DNA of 62,559 bases, counting the filler, from Sphacelaria rigidula (lineage: Eukaryota): the NCBI GenBank assembly GCA_964200075.2. It is 10 parts of 10 records of this genome, joined end to end, with 100 filler letters (N's around TTAATTAATTAA, not from the genome) between each part and the next. Parts side by side here need not be neighbours in the genome. Positions count along the whole stretch, not along the records: positions 1 to 6,167 come from CAXNAA020021798.1; positions 6,268 to 12,433 come from CAXNAA020021799.1; 8 more parts are not named here. One strand, written 5' to 3'. Of the stretch, positions 1 through 12,533 are shown piece after piece (the stretch's first letter is position 1; each line of letters begins with the position of its first letter). A program made the translations under genes and the position numbers. The notes beneath the pieces are model-generated. The model ran no database searches. It was not told where the DNA came from and was given only the letters and a program-made list of their open reading frames with translations.

Positions 1-639
1 ACATATCAAAAGAAAGGAAAAAAGCCCCCCGTACTGCGCCCCTCTTTCAATGTAGCGCCCCCCCCCCCCCCCCCCGCTCTCCCAGCAACTCAAACCGAAC
101 AAGCTGGAGATACTCTCGAAAGAGATCGAGAGAGAGAGAGAGACGGTCACAACGGGTGGATGGAGGAGTAAAGAGTGGACGGGTTGAGTTTTAGTAGTGC
201 TAGTATTTGGAGTCCCTGACGATATGATGAGAGTAGAGTTCAAAAGGAGATTTGATGAAGGAGGGCTACACTGTTCGACAATAGGAAACGTAGAAAGGGA
301 GAGAGAACACTTCCGAGTCACGCAAAAACAGAGAGCGAGTGAGGAGTGAGAGAGGATAGAGACAAACATGGTTTCGGCATGGGTTAGAAGGGTAGGGTGG
401 AGAACGTACATAGCCAATGGAACAGCGAGCCTGGGTCGTAGCCCTCGGGTAAACAGGGGAACGGGGAAGCAGGAAGAAGGACATGCCCGGAAGGGGATGG
501 GGAGGGGGAAAAGCGACTCAAAGCAAATAGACAACGATCAAACCAGAAATAGGAAGAAAAATCAAGCAAGGGAAAAATAGAAGTAATTACGACGGAGAGA
601 AAACAAAGGACAAGATGAGAGTGGGTAACGATTCGAAAA

Positions 640-1880
640 GGAAGTTGAGATTAGGATCGTGGGGCGTGTGTCGGTTCGTCATGGACGAGCCCAAAAGAAT
701 GGAGGTAGCCGCGCAAGAAAGTAAGCGCGACCTAGATACAGTGGGAATCCAAGAGTCATGAGAGAAGAAGAGGGCGGAAATAACATGAAAAGTTGGAGAG
801 TACGGATGGATAGGGAAAAAGCGGAAGGGACATAACCCCAAGAACAGGGGAGCGATGGAGTAGGGCTCTTGGTCACGGAATACCTGTGTGACATCATAGA
901 CATGATTAAAACCACACAATTCGATGAGAGCATATGGATGAGGTTACCATGAGAGCGTGGAACGAAATACGTTTTTGTAGGGAACATCTCCATGCCCCCA
1001 GGATCGAATAGTACGGTAACAGGAACACAGATATTTTGGAGAGATAGCAGCAGATGTACAAACGTAAAAAAGGCCAGGGGAAGTAATGTCAGAGGGAGAT
1101 TATAACGCAAGGATCGGAGAAGCAGGTCGATCGGATCAGATCACTCGGCGATACGGGGAAACGAAGAAGAGTAAGAATGGGGCAGAGGTGCTGAAGTTTC
1201 TTAGAATGACGAGATGATGCTGAACGATAGAGCATAAAAGCCAGAGACGCAATGCACATGGACTAGAATATAAAGAAGATAGAGGAAGCCCCATTCTTGA
1301 CTACATAGTGGTACGAGCTGGGCCAGCAGTGAATCCCGCATTCGCTTTCCACACCACAACTTCTCAAGTTTCCCAAATCAGCGCGACTTAAGAATAACGC
1401 TGCAAACTGCAGACCAACCTGGTAACACACGGCATCGCCGCTGGTGGGTTGACGCAGTTTTGGCGATGATGTTTTCGTACTGCATTGAGTACCGGGTACG
1501 CCTTGTGTCATTGCGTGAGAGTGTGTCTGGAGATGTTTCGTTTCACAAAATGCGGTGGAACGTACGGTAGACAGTTGCGCCGCACAGGCACGCGAACACC
1601 CGATATGCGCGCAAAAGCACACTGGTGGTGCTGCAAGATGGCATCAAGCTCGTCAACAGCTCCATGATGCGGAAGGAGCCGACTGTCATATATCACCATA
1701 CGAGGGAGAGTGCTCAGTACTACTACTTGAAACTGCGCTACACCTCCCCCCCCCCCCCCCCAACGCAAGACTGTCACCAAAAACATCGCGACCCTTTGCA
1801 ACCCGAGANNNNNNNCGGAAAGAGCCCACTGTCATAATTCCCCCTACGAGGGAGAGGGCCCAGTACTACCACTTTAAACC

Positions 1881-1912
<32 letters not shown>

Positions 1913-4900
1913 CGCAAGACTGTCACCAAAAACATCGCGACCCTTTGCAACCCGAGAGGAAGGAGAGATCATGCAGTATACGGTATGCACAAAAACAGAT
2001 TGTCGTGTCGGGATTGGAACTAGTGACCTGTGTAATCAGAGGCTGTTGTATCAGTTTGACTAGCGGGGTGCAGCCGTGTCACACGAAAAGTGCCATGCGA
2101 CGCCCAATTTAAGGTATTCTCGGCCAAAACTTTAGCGGGATCTCCTGGACGCAAGTGCCCACGACATTGTTGGATGTGCAGCCGTATTCATCAATTTTTC
2201 AGGGAGTTAAAGCTTCCCCCCCTGATGTTGCTGAAACTTCAAATCGCTCTAACTTCCTTTTTTTTTCCCATGGCACCCCCAACAATGTTGCGCGTGTTGA
2301 TGATGAAAGGATTGTGTCAAAATTTCAGCGCCCAACTCTTCGGATTACCAATCGCATCGCCAGGACACATTAGGAAAAAAAAAGATCGCTGTCAGCTCGT
2401 GGGAAGTGGAAACAGTAGGGAAATGAATACATGTACGCACAGCGGACGTCGTCACTACAGGTCACTTCTTTTTATGGACAGACAGCCAACAGACGAGAGC
2501 CATACAAAAAGGTGGGGTAAGAAGTTGTACACATGGGGAATAAATGAACTAGAAATGGGGGGAAAAAAAAAGAGCAAGAGGTCCAAAAGGAGATGACCGA
2601 AGATGCAGTGGAATTTTCCGAGCTGTCGGAAAGCGTGGGTACACTGAATACTGAAATTAAAAGAGATTGGGCAGGAGCGAAGATTATAGCGGGATGGGAG
2701 CAATTTGTCACGACCACAACAAGTGAAGTCATGAGAGGAAGAAACTGATAGTATGCAATAGGGCAGTAAGATGGTGGGATGAAGTGAAAGAGGCTCTAAG
2801 AGTAAGGAGATAGGTCCACGCAAGATATACATCGAGTCATACTACGGTAGGATGGGAGAAATACGCTGACGCTAGAAGGAGGGTTAAACATATGATAAGA
2901 GATAAAAAGCAGGGAATGTGAGGAGATGTAGTTGATGAAACAAAGATGTTGATGGCGGTATAAAGCAAAAATTGAGTAGGGATAAAAGGGATACTGTGGA
3001 AACAGGCAGGAGAGACGGACAAGGGGATAGCTACACTGGGAGCACAGAACGGCAAAATAGTTAGTACGTCGAAGGGGAAGAGAGAAGTACTAGCAGAGCA
3101 CCACTGGATACTAGGGATACCAATTACCAACGACAGGTTCGACGTGGAATTCGATAAAAAAAATCAACGCGTGAGCTAGGGCGAGCAGAGACATTTCAAA
3201 AGGAGTAAGCGAAGGAGTGTGTAGCTAAACTCAAGAACAGAAAGGCAGCAGGGGCAGACGACTTAGTGACCGAATTTCTTGAGTACGGGGTAAAAGGAAT
3301 GATCACCATGACAGCTATGCTGTATGATTGGATAAGGGAAAACGAGAACACACACAAGAGATGGGCTAATGGAAACAGTAGGGAAATTTTTCAAGAAATG
3401 CCATACGGCTGTACCGTATGGAAAACATTATGTTGCAAGATTCTGAACGAAAGGGTGGGGATGATGCTAGAGAAGGAAGAAAAATCAGCGAGGAGGGGCT
3501 AGCGGGGTTTAGATAAAATAGAAGTTGCGCAGACCGTATGGGCACTTTAGATAAGGTTTTTCAAGGTAGGAAGGACGCTGGGCTGACAACGTACTATTTC
3601 CTTCTGGACGTAAAACAGCTCTGTAACAGTATGGAGATATGGGATGTGTAAACAAGATGTGGGAAACCGGGACCAGAGAAAAAATGTGGAGAAGATGCCA
3701 GGACGTGCCAAAAGTGCTAGGATGTTAGACGGGAAAATATTTTTATATTTTAATATTTTACAGGAGTTGCACAAGGATGAACGCGATCACCCACTTCATT
3801 CAAAGTCCTTATAAATGATCTGATGAGAGCAACAGCAATAACGCAAGAAGTCAAGGTGGGGGGAGATACGGTACGGAGACTTGTGTTCGCGGATGATTTC
3901 GTGGAGATATCAGAAACACCAGAAGGATTGCAGAAACAAATAGAGAAGGCGATAGAGTTCACTAGGAAATGGAGAGCGACAGCGAACGTCAACAAATGCG
4001 CGGTACTTGCATGTAACCAAAGATAAGGAGAACCCGGTAGAGTTTAGATGGAATTGGGGAGGAGAGGAAATGTCGATCGTAGACCAGTATACCTACATAC
4101 CTTGGCGTAGAGATATCAACCTACCGTTCTTGGGATGCACACATGATTGAAGTAATAGCAAAGAGTAAGGCACAGATTGGCAGGATGGACGTGGTCCGCA
4201 GAGGCTCGCACCTAGATACTAGGGTTGAGATATGTATTCTGATGACTGTGATTGTTCCAAAGCTGTAATATGCAGGAAGGTATGGGAGGGGAGCGTGAAG
4301 TTGGTGAAGAAGTTAGAAACGGTACAAATGGTAGCAGCTAAGAAAATACGTAGATGCTCGAAAAACGACGACTAATTCAGAATTGAGAGCAGAATTGGAC
4401 ATGTACCCACATGACACAATTAGACATGGGAAAATTGAAATGGCAACGCAGCGTAAGGAGTATGCCAAGGAACATATTGTCAGTCATAGTTGATAGGGTT
4501 GTATGGAAGAGAGTGACGAAAAGGCAGGCCGGAATAAGGTGGCATAGCGTAGTCGAGAGGGTGTGGAAGGTGGTGAGATTATGTTCATTTTTGGGACTAT
4601 ACCTATACCTACACCTACAGTACTGTGCTTGGGAGTGGTACTGTCCCGGGTTGCGCAATATGGGCCCTGTTTTTCGAGGTGAACATCAAGAAGAGCGATT
4701 GTGTTCCTCAAAGACGGCTGAGGAGAGTCGAGGTCCCACTGCGTCAAGCCGTGCAGCAAGCGCAAACGCAGGAAACACGAAATACACGACATAGGAGGCA
4801 ACCAAGACGAGATAATGTCCATAGGCGAATGCGGGGGACACAAGACAAAAAGTAAGAGACATGCTAGAAGTAGGGTGAAAACAAGCGCTCAGACGGAAAG

Positions 4901-5149
4901 TAGACGAGAAAGAGCGCCTGAACATATGCCGGGGGTTCAGACAGGGGATGGGGATGAAAAAATATCTGCACGGCTCAAAGGAACCCGCGAAAAAATTGAA
5001 AGTGCGATTCCGGGTGGGGGACGTGCATCTGCCAGAAAGAAGAAATAAGTATACCAGGAGTCGAGTGTACGAGGAACTACATGCACATAATTGCTCCCGT
5101 AGCCAAGCAATACAGAGTAGACCTCGTATCGCCGCAGAATGTGAACTGC
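640..5149 (+). mobile_element. Decayed non-LTR retrotransposon (LINE) ORF2: APE endonuclease, reverse transcriptase and C-terminal region, split by a MITE at 1312-2400
   Basis: Frameshifted translations give the APE motifs VGIQES, GDYNARIG and ILDYIVV, then after the MITE a DVVTTGH (SDH-like) motif. RT motifs are GVAQG and LVFADDFVEISETPEGLQKQI (ORF 3823). The C-terminal part reads KLKVRFRVGDVHLPERR (ORF 4948). Many stop codons. Confidence 0.9.
1312..2400. mobile_element. TA-type (Tc1/mariner-like) MITE carrying a tRNA-like cassette, copy 1, nested in the LINE APE domain
   Basis: Starts TACGAGCTGGGCCAGC. Its internal sequence is colinear with the copies at 5150 and 45883. The right TIR is shortened to CAGCTCGT. 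The LINE reading frame resumes at 2401. Confidence 0.8.
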
Positions 5150-5660
5150 ACGAGCTGGGCCAGCCGTAAAACGTACAAACGCACATCACACAACAACTTC
5201 ATCAGTTTCCCGAATAGGCCCGATTCAAGCATAACCGCCGTAAACTGCAGATCAACCTGGTCATGCACGCTCTGCCGCTTAATAAAATCACTAAAAAAAC
5301 GTACCACATAATATATGACCGTAAAGACGAAACCAGATTCTGCGACAAAAAAGAGGATGTGTCGGGATTCGAACTCCTGGTCTTCATAGCTGGAGTCTAC
5401 TTCATCACTTGGATTACTGGGGCACAGCGGTGTCACACAAAAAGTGCTAGGCTGGGCCCAATTTTAGGAGTGTTCGGCTGGATTTTTGCCAGGTTCTCCT
5501 GCACGCAAGTACGCACAGTATTTCTGGGGACGCGGCCGATCTTCATTTTATTCACGTAGTTATGGTATTTTTCCAGTTTTTGCTGAAATATCAAATCGCT
5601 CCTACTTTCTCTTTTTTTTTTTTTTCTGGCATCCCCAAAAATGTTGCGCTACGGAAGATG
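5150..5660. mobile_element. Same MITE family, copy 2 (right end truncated)
   Basis: Starts ACGAGCTGGGCCAGC. Contains GGGATTCGAACTC (B-box on the minus strand) and the shared CAGCGGTGTCACACAAAAAGTGCTAGGCTGGGCC segment. Confidence 0.75.
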
Positions 5661-6167
5661 ATTGCCTGGATGCAGGAAATCATGATCACATACTGCTTTG
5701 TACAGCCTCCTTACGTCGCGCCCTGGCAGGGGGGGAGGCGATCGGCGTTCCTTTCTCGGGGACCGATACTGTCGCTTAGCCTGGTGTCCATGTTGAATCA
5801 ATCTGTCTGTTTGTTTCCTTACTTATTGGCGAGTGTTAGTCGCTTAATTATTTCTTGTATCGTCATCTTGCGAACACGGCTAGAGTCGTAGCGGGGTGAA
5901 GTTGATGTGCGACAAATCACCAAACCGAATCAACCAGTGCACAAACCAACACTAGGTGAGCCGCGTTCTTCGCAATGACCATGCAGACGACGGTTACTTT
6001 GAGGTCACAGGCAAAAAATATGCAGATGCTCGTGGAGTTATTCATTGAAAGCGATAACTTGGCTCAATGGCGCCATTTTACTCTTCTTGCAAAGTGTGGT
6101 GGCGCATGGGGATGTACTCATGATCATGCACGCCATAGTCATAAGACCACTGACCTCGCATCCCTAC

Positions 6168-6267
6168 NNNNNNNNNNNNNNNNNNNNNNNNNNNNNNNNN
6201 NNNNNNNNNNNTTAATTAATTAANNNNNNNNNNNNNNNNNNNNNNNNNNNNNNNNNNNNNNNNNNNN
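6168..6267. other. Artificial contig spacer (N44-TTAATTAATTAA-N44). Identical spacers at 12434, 18700, 24966, 31232, 37498, 43764, 50030 and 56295
   Basis: Nine identical 100-bp spacers, each with a six-frame stop linker, spaced 6266 or 6265 bp apart. The intervening contigs are 6167, 6166 x7 and 6165 x2 bp. Confidence 0.98.
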
Positions 6268-9200
6268 CGCATCCCTTTCGAGACGGAACACCAGAGGGAT
6301 GGGGGCGGGGGGCGGGGGGCGGGGGGCGGGGGGCGGGGGGCGGGGGGCGGGGGAGTAGATAGGTGTGCGGGATACCTCACTATTTCTTCGTACGACCCTG
6401 AAACGTCGTTTTGGTGTGCGTATAAGTGTGCCTACCCGGAACTATGAGACACCAATTATTTTGATAGTAGAGTTTTCGGGTCACGGGCAGACGGCAGATG
6501 GTATGATCAGGCATTTGTCCCGGACGAACCACATGTCGTGTATCTAGGTGAAGTGGGCAACATTCCTCGGGGTAAGTGGGGCGATATTGCTCTCTAACAA
6601 GGTGCAGTATGAACAAATAATTAGTACAGTACGCGTATATACGTTGAGTTCTCGGCTCACGTGGGAATGACTCTAACGCAATAATTTGTCTTAGAAGACC
6701 TCGCTACTCTCCTTGAGGTGCTCTGGCAATAATGAAGTCAGTTGATAGCCCGGGAAAAGTCGCTAGATGAAGTTTGCGTTGCGAGACCTCGAATCGGCGT
6801 CTCCGGCGCCGTTTTTGGACGAAAATACGATCTGGACCAGCTAGGAGCACTTGGGGAGGTTACTTCACCACTTGTTGGTATCTGTGGGAAGTTTCTCGGA
6901 AGTTCATGATTTCGAATAACTCCAACTCTAACCCTAACCCTAAAACCCCACCCTCAACGAAGGCATACCGAGAACCGCGGGGAAGAGGGGCGGTGCAAAG
7001 TCTATCCCAGGCAAAGTGGGCGTTGTCAAACCTCAAACCGGCGCCCCAGGCGCCGATATATTGCAGACAAAAAAGCGTCCTGCGCATGCTGGGAGCACCC
7101 TAGGAGCACAGCACCCCCATTGAACATCCGGATTTACACCACACCAGCCCCTGTAACGATCCGAATATCGGTGTTTACTCTAAAATCAAGTAAATCAAGT
7201 ATCAACCATTGCTTACGACCAATAAGGAATATCTACTGTAGGCCCGCGCGGTGGGATTGTCATCACAACTACGTTGTTAGAAGCCGAGAAGCTACCAGAA
7301 CTTTCTCCAGCATGCACGCCGAGATACGACCACATATTACAAGGTAGGCCCAAATTTCATTTTTGTGTTGGTCGTTATACGTATCCCCTCCTCTTCTTGA
7401 GGTTATTTCAGAAGGGAGTCAGTTGATAGCCTCCGGGAAGGATCCCAATGAGGTATGCCCGGGCTAGTTCATCGTGTGGGGCGACTGTAGGCTGTAGTCT
7501 AGGGTTACGCGCCCGCGCGGCGGGGCTGTCACAAATGCGTTAGAACCGAAAAGCCACAAGAACTTTCTTCACCATACACTGCGAGATGGGGACCATATAT
7601 TATTCCAAAGTAGGCCCGACCTTCATTGTTGTATTCGTCGTGATACATATCATAGTCCACGGTACACCACATGTATGTGCGGCACGGATACACACCCATC
7701 ATTACTCTCCAGCTCGTCTCCCACCTCCTAACAGCATAAAATACCAAGTTCAATAAGGGATCGGGTCAAGCGCACGCATCTTTCCTCCCGCCAGGTAAGG
7801 CCTGCGAGAGTATACTGTAGTGTAATAATCCACAGCGAGGGAGTGATCTGCAAGATATAAGTCAAATATACGCATTCTTTATACGAGTACCTGCCCCCCG
7901 CATGTTTTTTAATTGAAAAGGCTTAGGGTCGTGCATGTCTTACCGAGATCTAAGGAGACGCGGGGAAAGGAAGAATCATCCAAAAGCAGCACGCTGATAA
8001 GTCGCCACAACAACGAGGCCCGCTTGTCGTATGTCATCGAGACAACAAAAGAAGTGAGAAACGAAACAAGCGCCCACAAGAAGCACGTTGATTTGTCGCC
8101 GGGCGGGTCTGTGTTTGCGACGAATCGACAGGCTGCTTTTGGACGCTTGCTTCGACCTGTGCTTCTTTTTTGGCGTCTCGATAAGACATACCCGGCCCAA
8201 CTGCTAAGGTTTGGCACACACATGCTGGCTTCCGTCCGCGCGCGAAGAATTTTCAATACGTGAACGTATATCAGATCGAAAAGTTTCTTTTCCGTGGCAC
8301 TTTTTTTATTACAAAGATGCCTTGAGAATGTGCCACATGGCATTTTGAGCGTGACAAATATTGCTCGCAAATTACCGCATCATCGGAGACGATAAACCGG
8401 AGTGTGCGAAGTAATTCAGTTCAATGTCACATGTCTCGAACACCTCCGCTATATCTTCTCAATGACATCCTTCGACCGATATTATAGCACTCGAGATATC
8501 TGACGGAGAATGGAGTGCGCACCCTGTCTCCTCTCCGATGATTGCCGTACGGTATTACTCTCCATGCAAAACTCACTTCCTGACCCGGATACCGCATAAA
8601 CGCAATCTCCGCATAGAACTGGCGTGTGTGTTGTGCCGTGCTCACGACAAAATATTTCCGCAAGGGATAAGGTGTGCATGAATCTGCACTCACCGGACGT
8701 GAAGCTCAGAGAAGCAGTTCGTTTTCGGGCATGATGACAGCGAGATATGATATATCATGCAGTTGTTCGCCCGCCAGAATCAATCGTGTCGTTTGCGACC
8801 GGTCCCGGATAGCTATCCGGGATAGAGGGAGAACGGTGTTGTGTGTGTGTGTGTTGTGTGAGATGGAGCACGAACGCAGAAGATCGTCGAGGCGTACATC
8901 ACAGTGACTGCTGTGGTAGTATTCCGAGAGCTCTCTACTATTAACAGAGTTCTGCTTTAAAAGTAGCAGGGTAGCCTTGGGGATATGTACAGTACACTAT
9001 CTACATTATTATGGTTGCGACATCAGATACCCCGGAGAGCAGGTTCGAGCAAGGTTATTCTCCACACGTAAAGTATACTACTATTGTAGTGTATTCATGG
9101 GTGAGTTTATCGGAGGATAATAAGGTCCCTTGTATACAGTTGCCAAGCGATCGGGCGAAGAGCGAGCGAGCGTGTTGCTACCCCGTGATTGATATTCATG

Positions 9201-9946
9201 CTGTACTCTTCCCTTTGTGTCGGGGCGGGTAGCTCGAGGGAGCGTGGGAGGGCAGAGCACGAAGATCACGATTATTTCAAGAAGGGGTGCTACATGTCTC
9301 TCCTTTTATTGCGAACCGGTCACCCAGAGCGACACCCTCTACGAATAAAGATTCGCTGCTAATTGCTGTAATGAATAACAGCGCACGTACTGCTGTACAT
9401 GTCTATATACTTTAATGTGCGAACTCTCTCATCAGAGTCCGTGAAGACTTCAGCTGCCGTCTGTGCTGAGGTGCTTTCGACTTACTCAAACTCAGTACCA
9501 TGGAGGACTCCCGAAATCATGAATATTCCGGGGACCAAGATTGGTGGTATATATATTTCAAGTGTTCTGGGTTCTATGAGTTCACCGATGTTGACGGTTC
9601 GCGGCAGCGGTCTAGCGGCACCGTCGCGGCCGATGACGTGAGGTATGTCCATGTAGAGCAAACATATCTCTATACGCCACCGCGGTCAATAGAACCTCGC
9701 GCTAGTGTAAACCTAGGCATCCGACTGTGCCGTCGCTCTGCTGTACAGCAAGGCAGCAACTGGTCCCAATAATTGTAGGTTGGTGAGTACTCGCTCTGAC
9801 ACGCTAGAAGTCGATGATTGCGGAGGTGAGTGCAGTATAGACGCATTATAGTAATCTACTTCAAATATTGTGGGTTACGCATATGAACCGGAAGAAGAGA
9901 CTCGCCTAGGCATGCAGGTATGTTGAGGCTAGATGGCGATTTGTGC

Positions 9947-10247
9947 TCAACCCTTAGACGGCAAGGGCAGTCCATCTGGACTACGCGCATTTTATTTTCA
10001 AGTAAAGTTGATGCCGATTCAACGAAAGACCTACCCTCGTCGTCTTTTGACCGCGAGGGTAGTCCATCTGGACCACCAATACCTTTTTCAAGTGAAGCTG
10101 ATGCCGATTCAATAGATGACCTACTCTCGACGTCTAAGGGTTAACCCTTAGACAGCGTGAGTAGGTCATTTGTGGAATCGGCATCAATTGAAATTGAAAA
10201 AAATTATGCATGGTCCAGGAAGACCACGCTCGCGGTCTAAGGGTTAA
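9947..10247. mobile_element. Cluster of three ~100-bp piggyBac-type MITEs (TTAA-CCCT...AGGG-TTAA)
   Basis: Units 9947-10043, 10045-10144 and an inverted unit 10141-10247 share GTCCATCTGGA, TTCAAGT, GATGCCGATTCA and GACCTAC. The junction is AAGGGTTAACCCTT. Confidence 0.8.
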
Positions 10248-10794
10248 GCACAAATCGCTACACATGACTACCATCGCTACTGTATTCTAATCGTATCAGC
10301 ATGGAACAGATGCGCGTGACGTGTGGTTCGGGGTATATTGTGTACGCATTGTTGCCCCGACTTCCTAAACCAAAATAAGAGCCCCATGGATTCGGGGCCT
10401 TTTCATGGCATAAACCAGTTCGTTCCAAGAGAGCGATATTCAATATCCATGGTTTGGACATGACAGGAGTATGGTATATGCTGTACTCTGGCGATGGTCA
10501 CAGAAAATTCAACACACGGAGGGAATAAGGAAGAAAAACGTGTTTTGAATGAAACCTCAACCGGGCAGGTGTTATCCAAAGATTGGCGATCTCTTGAGAA
10601 TATCGTATTTTCGTATTTTCCCCTGGTGCGAAGACCCCCTAAATTTGTTTTTCCCGCCATTCCACCTTTACCGGAGGTCAGTCTATATATTACAGTGCAT
10701 TATGGCATACAAGCCGGGACACCGGAGGATTTCCCTGGGGTCCCCCACATCCTTCGATTTTTCCCTTCAATTTTCACTCAAAGAGGGTTCCAGC

Positions 10795-11244
10795 TAGTAG
10801 TAGTAGTGTTGGATATCGAACTATTTACAGCACTTTGATGCGGATGTTGAGTTTTGCTGTGCTCGATAACGATAAGTTTCGATAAATTTCGGCGAAGGCT
10901 AAGCGTGGCGAGCGCATCGAGCGGGCGAGCGCAGCGAGTCCGTTCGCTGTGCGAGCCCCAGATGGCCCTCCCCGGCTCGTGAGGCAGCCCCGCCGGAGGC
11001 GAAGAATATTGGGATGTACTCCGGAGTATGGCTTTATTTTATAATAAGAGCTTAATTCTATATTCCCATCGAAATTCGCCTGATCAAGGTCTCAGCTTAT
11101 TATAGGAGAAAACGCGTCCAGATTCGATAAAACCCGATAATCACACCGCACGTTTTGTCGTTTCATCGACATGTTTTCGATACGATAACGACAATGATAG
11201 TTCGATACGATGTATCGAAACTTTCGATACGATATCCAATACTA
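10795..11244. mobile_element. hAT-like MITE with 15-bp TIRs and an 8-bp target-site duplication
   Basis: TIRs TAGTGTTGGATATCG (10804) and CGATATCCAATACTA (11230-11244). GTTCCAGC occurs at both 10787-10794 and 11245-11252. Subterminal CGATA repeats. Confidence 0.85.
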
Positions 11245-11273
11245 GTTCCAGCAGTCAGTTCCCTAAAAGAATG

Positions 11274-12433
11274 TAGTACCCGTCAACAGCCGATCGCCAA
11301 AATTGAGAAAGGAATTTTTATTGAGAATGATGATATCCCGGAAAAATAAAAATCTTCGAGTCCCGACCAGCTCATCGAAATATGGGCATTCTTTATTAAC
11401 CTACTGGCGCTTGTCGACAACTACTAACATTCCTGCCATACACATTTGGATTCCGATAACCGAAGTTTTGGGGTCCTATTAATGCGTGCAAAAACAATTA
11501 TGGGGAATTGACGTGACCAAAACGGTCCCCAGGATAGTTTCTCACCTAGGACCCGCCCCCAGAATTTCAGTTTTCGGAAACCAAATTTGCGTGGCGTGCA
11601 GTACACGTGTATGTCAGTAGGTCGCATTATTAGGTGAAGGAATGGTGCCATATAACAGCTGATTTTAAATTTTGGGGTTCAACACTGGAATGGGGCTAAA
11701 GTCCCATTTCTCTCTTGCAGGGAAGATACGAAAGAGCAAGACAGAGCGAAAGCATCTTCCTACCCAAACCTCCGCAGGAAGACTTGACCGTCAGACCGCG
11801 AGAGTAGGTCACCTGCTGAATCGGCGTCAATATTCACTTGGAAAAAGTACACGCGTGGTCCAGATGGACTACGGGCACCGCGGTCCAAGGGTTAAGCAAC
11901 TTTGGCTAGGTGCACCCAACGAAATGTGGTGTAGTACACGCGTGTCGATGACGATATCACCAGAGAGAGAAGCAACGACAGAGAGGAAGCTCCTCGCCCG
12001 TGCCCTTTGTGTGTCCCCGCTCGGTGATTACCAAACTCTCGAGAGACTGGCATCCTTGATCTTACCAGCATGTGCCAAATTTTTCATATGCCAGAGCATC
12101 GACGTGCGGAGAAATTCCGTGTCTTTTCTTGCCTGTCGCCAGCGCGAAGATCGATTTCTCTCTGCCTCTCCTTTTGGACAGGACGTGCCTCTGTGCGCTG
12201 AAAACCATGTTGAAAAAATGGGGCAATGTTCCCGTCACCGCTACTCCTGTTCTCTGTCACACACATATGCCAGCAAGGACGGTGCTGCGGCAATAACAGA
12301 TATATCCAATTTGAACTTACGGGGGTGTTCTTCATCATTGAGTTGACCCACACCTCCCCCGCCAGCCGGGCTTCCGGCCTGAACACGCCAGTTGAGAGGG
12401 GTGCATGAGAGATCAAACACTTGTAGAAACCTA
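11274..12433 (+). mobile_element. Probable 5' end of a DNA transposon (candidate Academ family): TAG terminus, internal inverted repeats and a Cys-rich ORF fragment
   Basis: Inverted pair 11428-11477 / 11548-11600, with a related sequence at 15035-15125 downstream of the XPG ORF. The ORF KQLWLGAPNE...STRVSMTISPEREATTERKLLA is duplicated at 18990-19657. Confidence 0.5.
11784..11895. mobile_element. piggyBac-type ~105-bp MITE, same family, inserted in the duplicated Cys-rich ORF region
   Basis: TTGA-CCGT...AAGGG-TTAA ends with the same internal motifs. It is absent from the homologous segment at about 18990. Confidence 0.75.
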
Positions 12434-12533
12434 NNNNNNNNNNNNNNNNNNNNNNNNNNNNNNNNNNNNNNNNNNNNTTAATTAATTAANNNNNNNNNNN
12501 NNNNNNNNNNNNNNNNNNNNNNNNNNNNNNNNN

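Noticed and set aside
1666..1958. ~145-bp tandem duplication inside MITE copy 1
   Set aside because: It straddles a short N gap and poly-C runs, so an unmerged assembly overlap cannot be excluded.
12434..12533. Direct continuity between the Cys-rich ORF and the XPG ORF
   Set aside because: The adjacency is an artefact of contig sorting. Only the shared terminal sequences support a family link.
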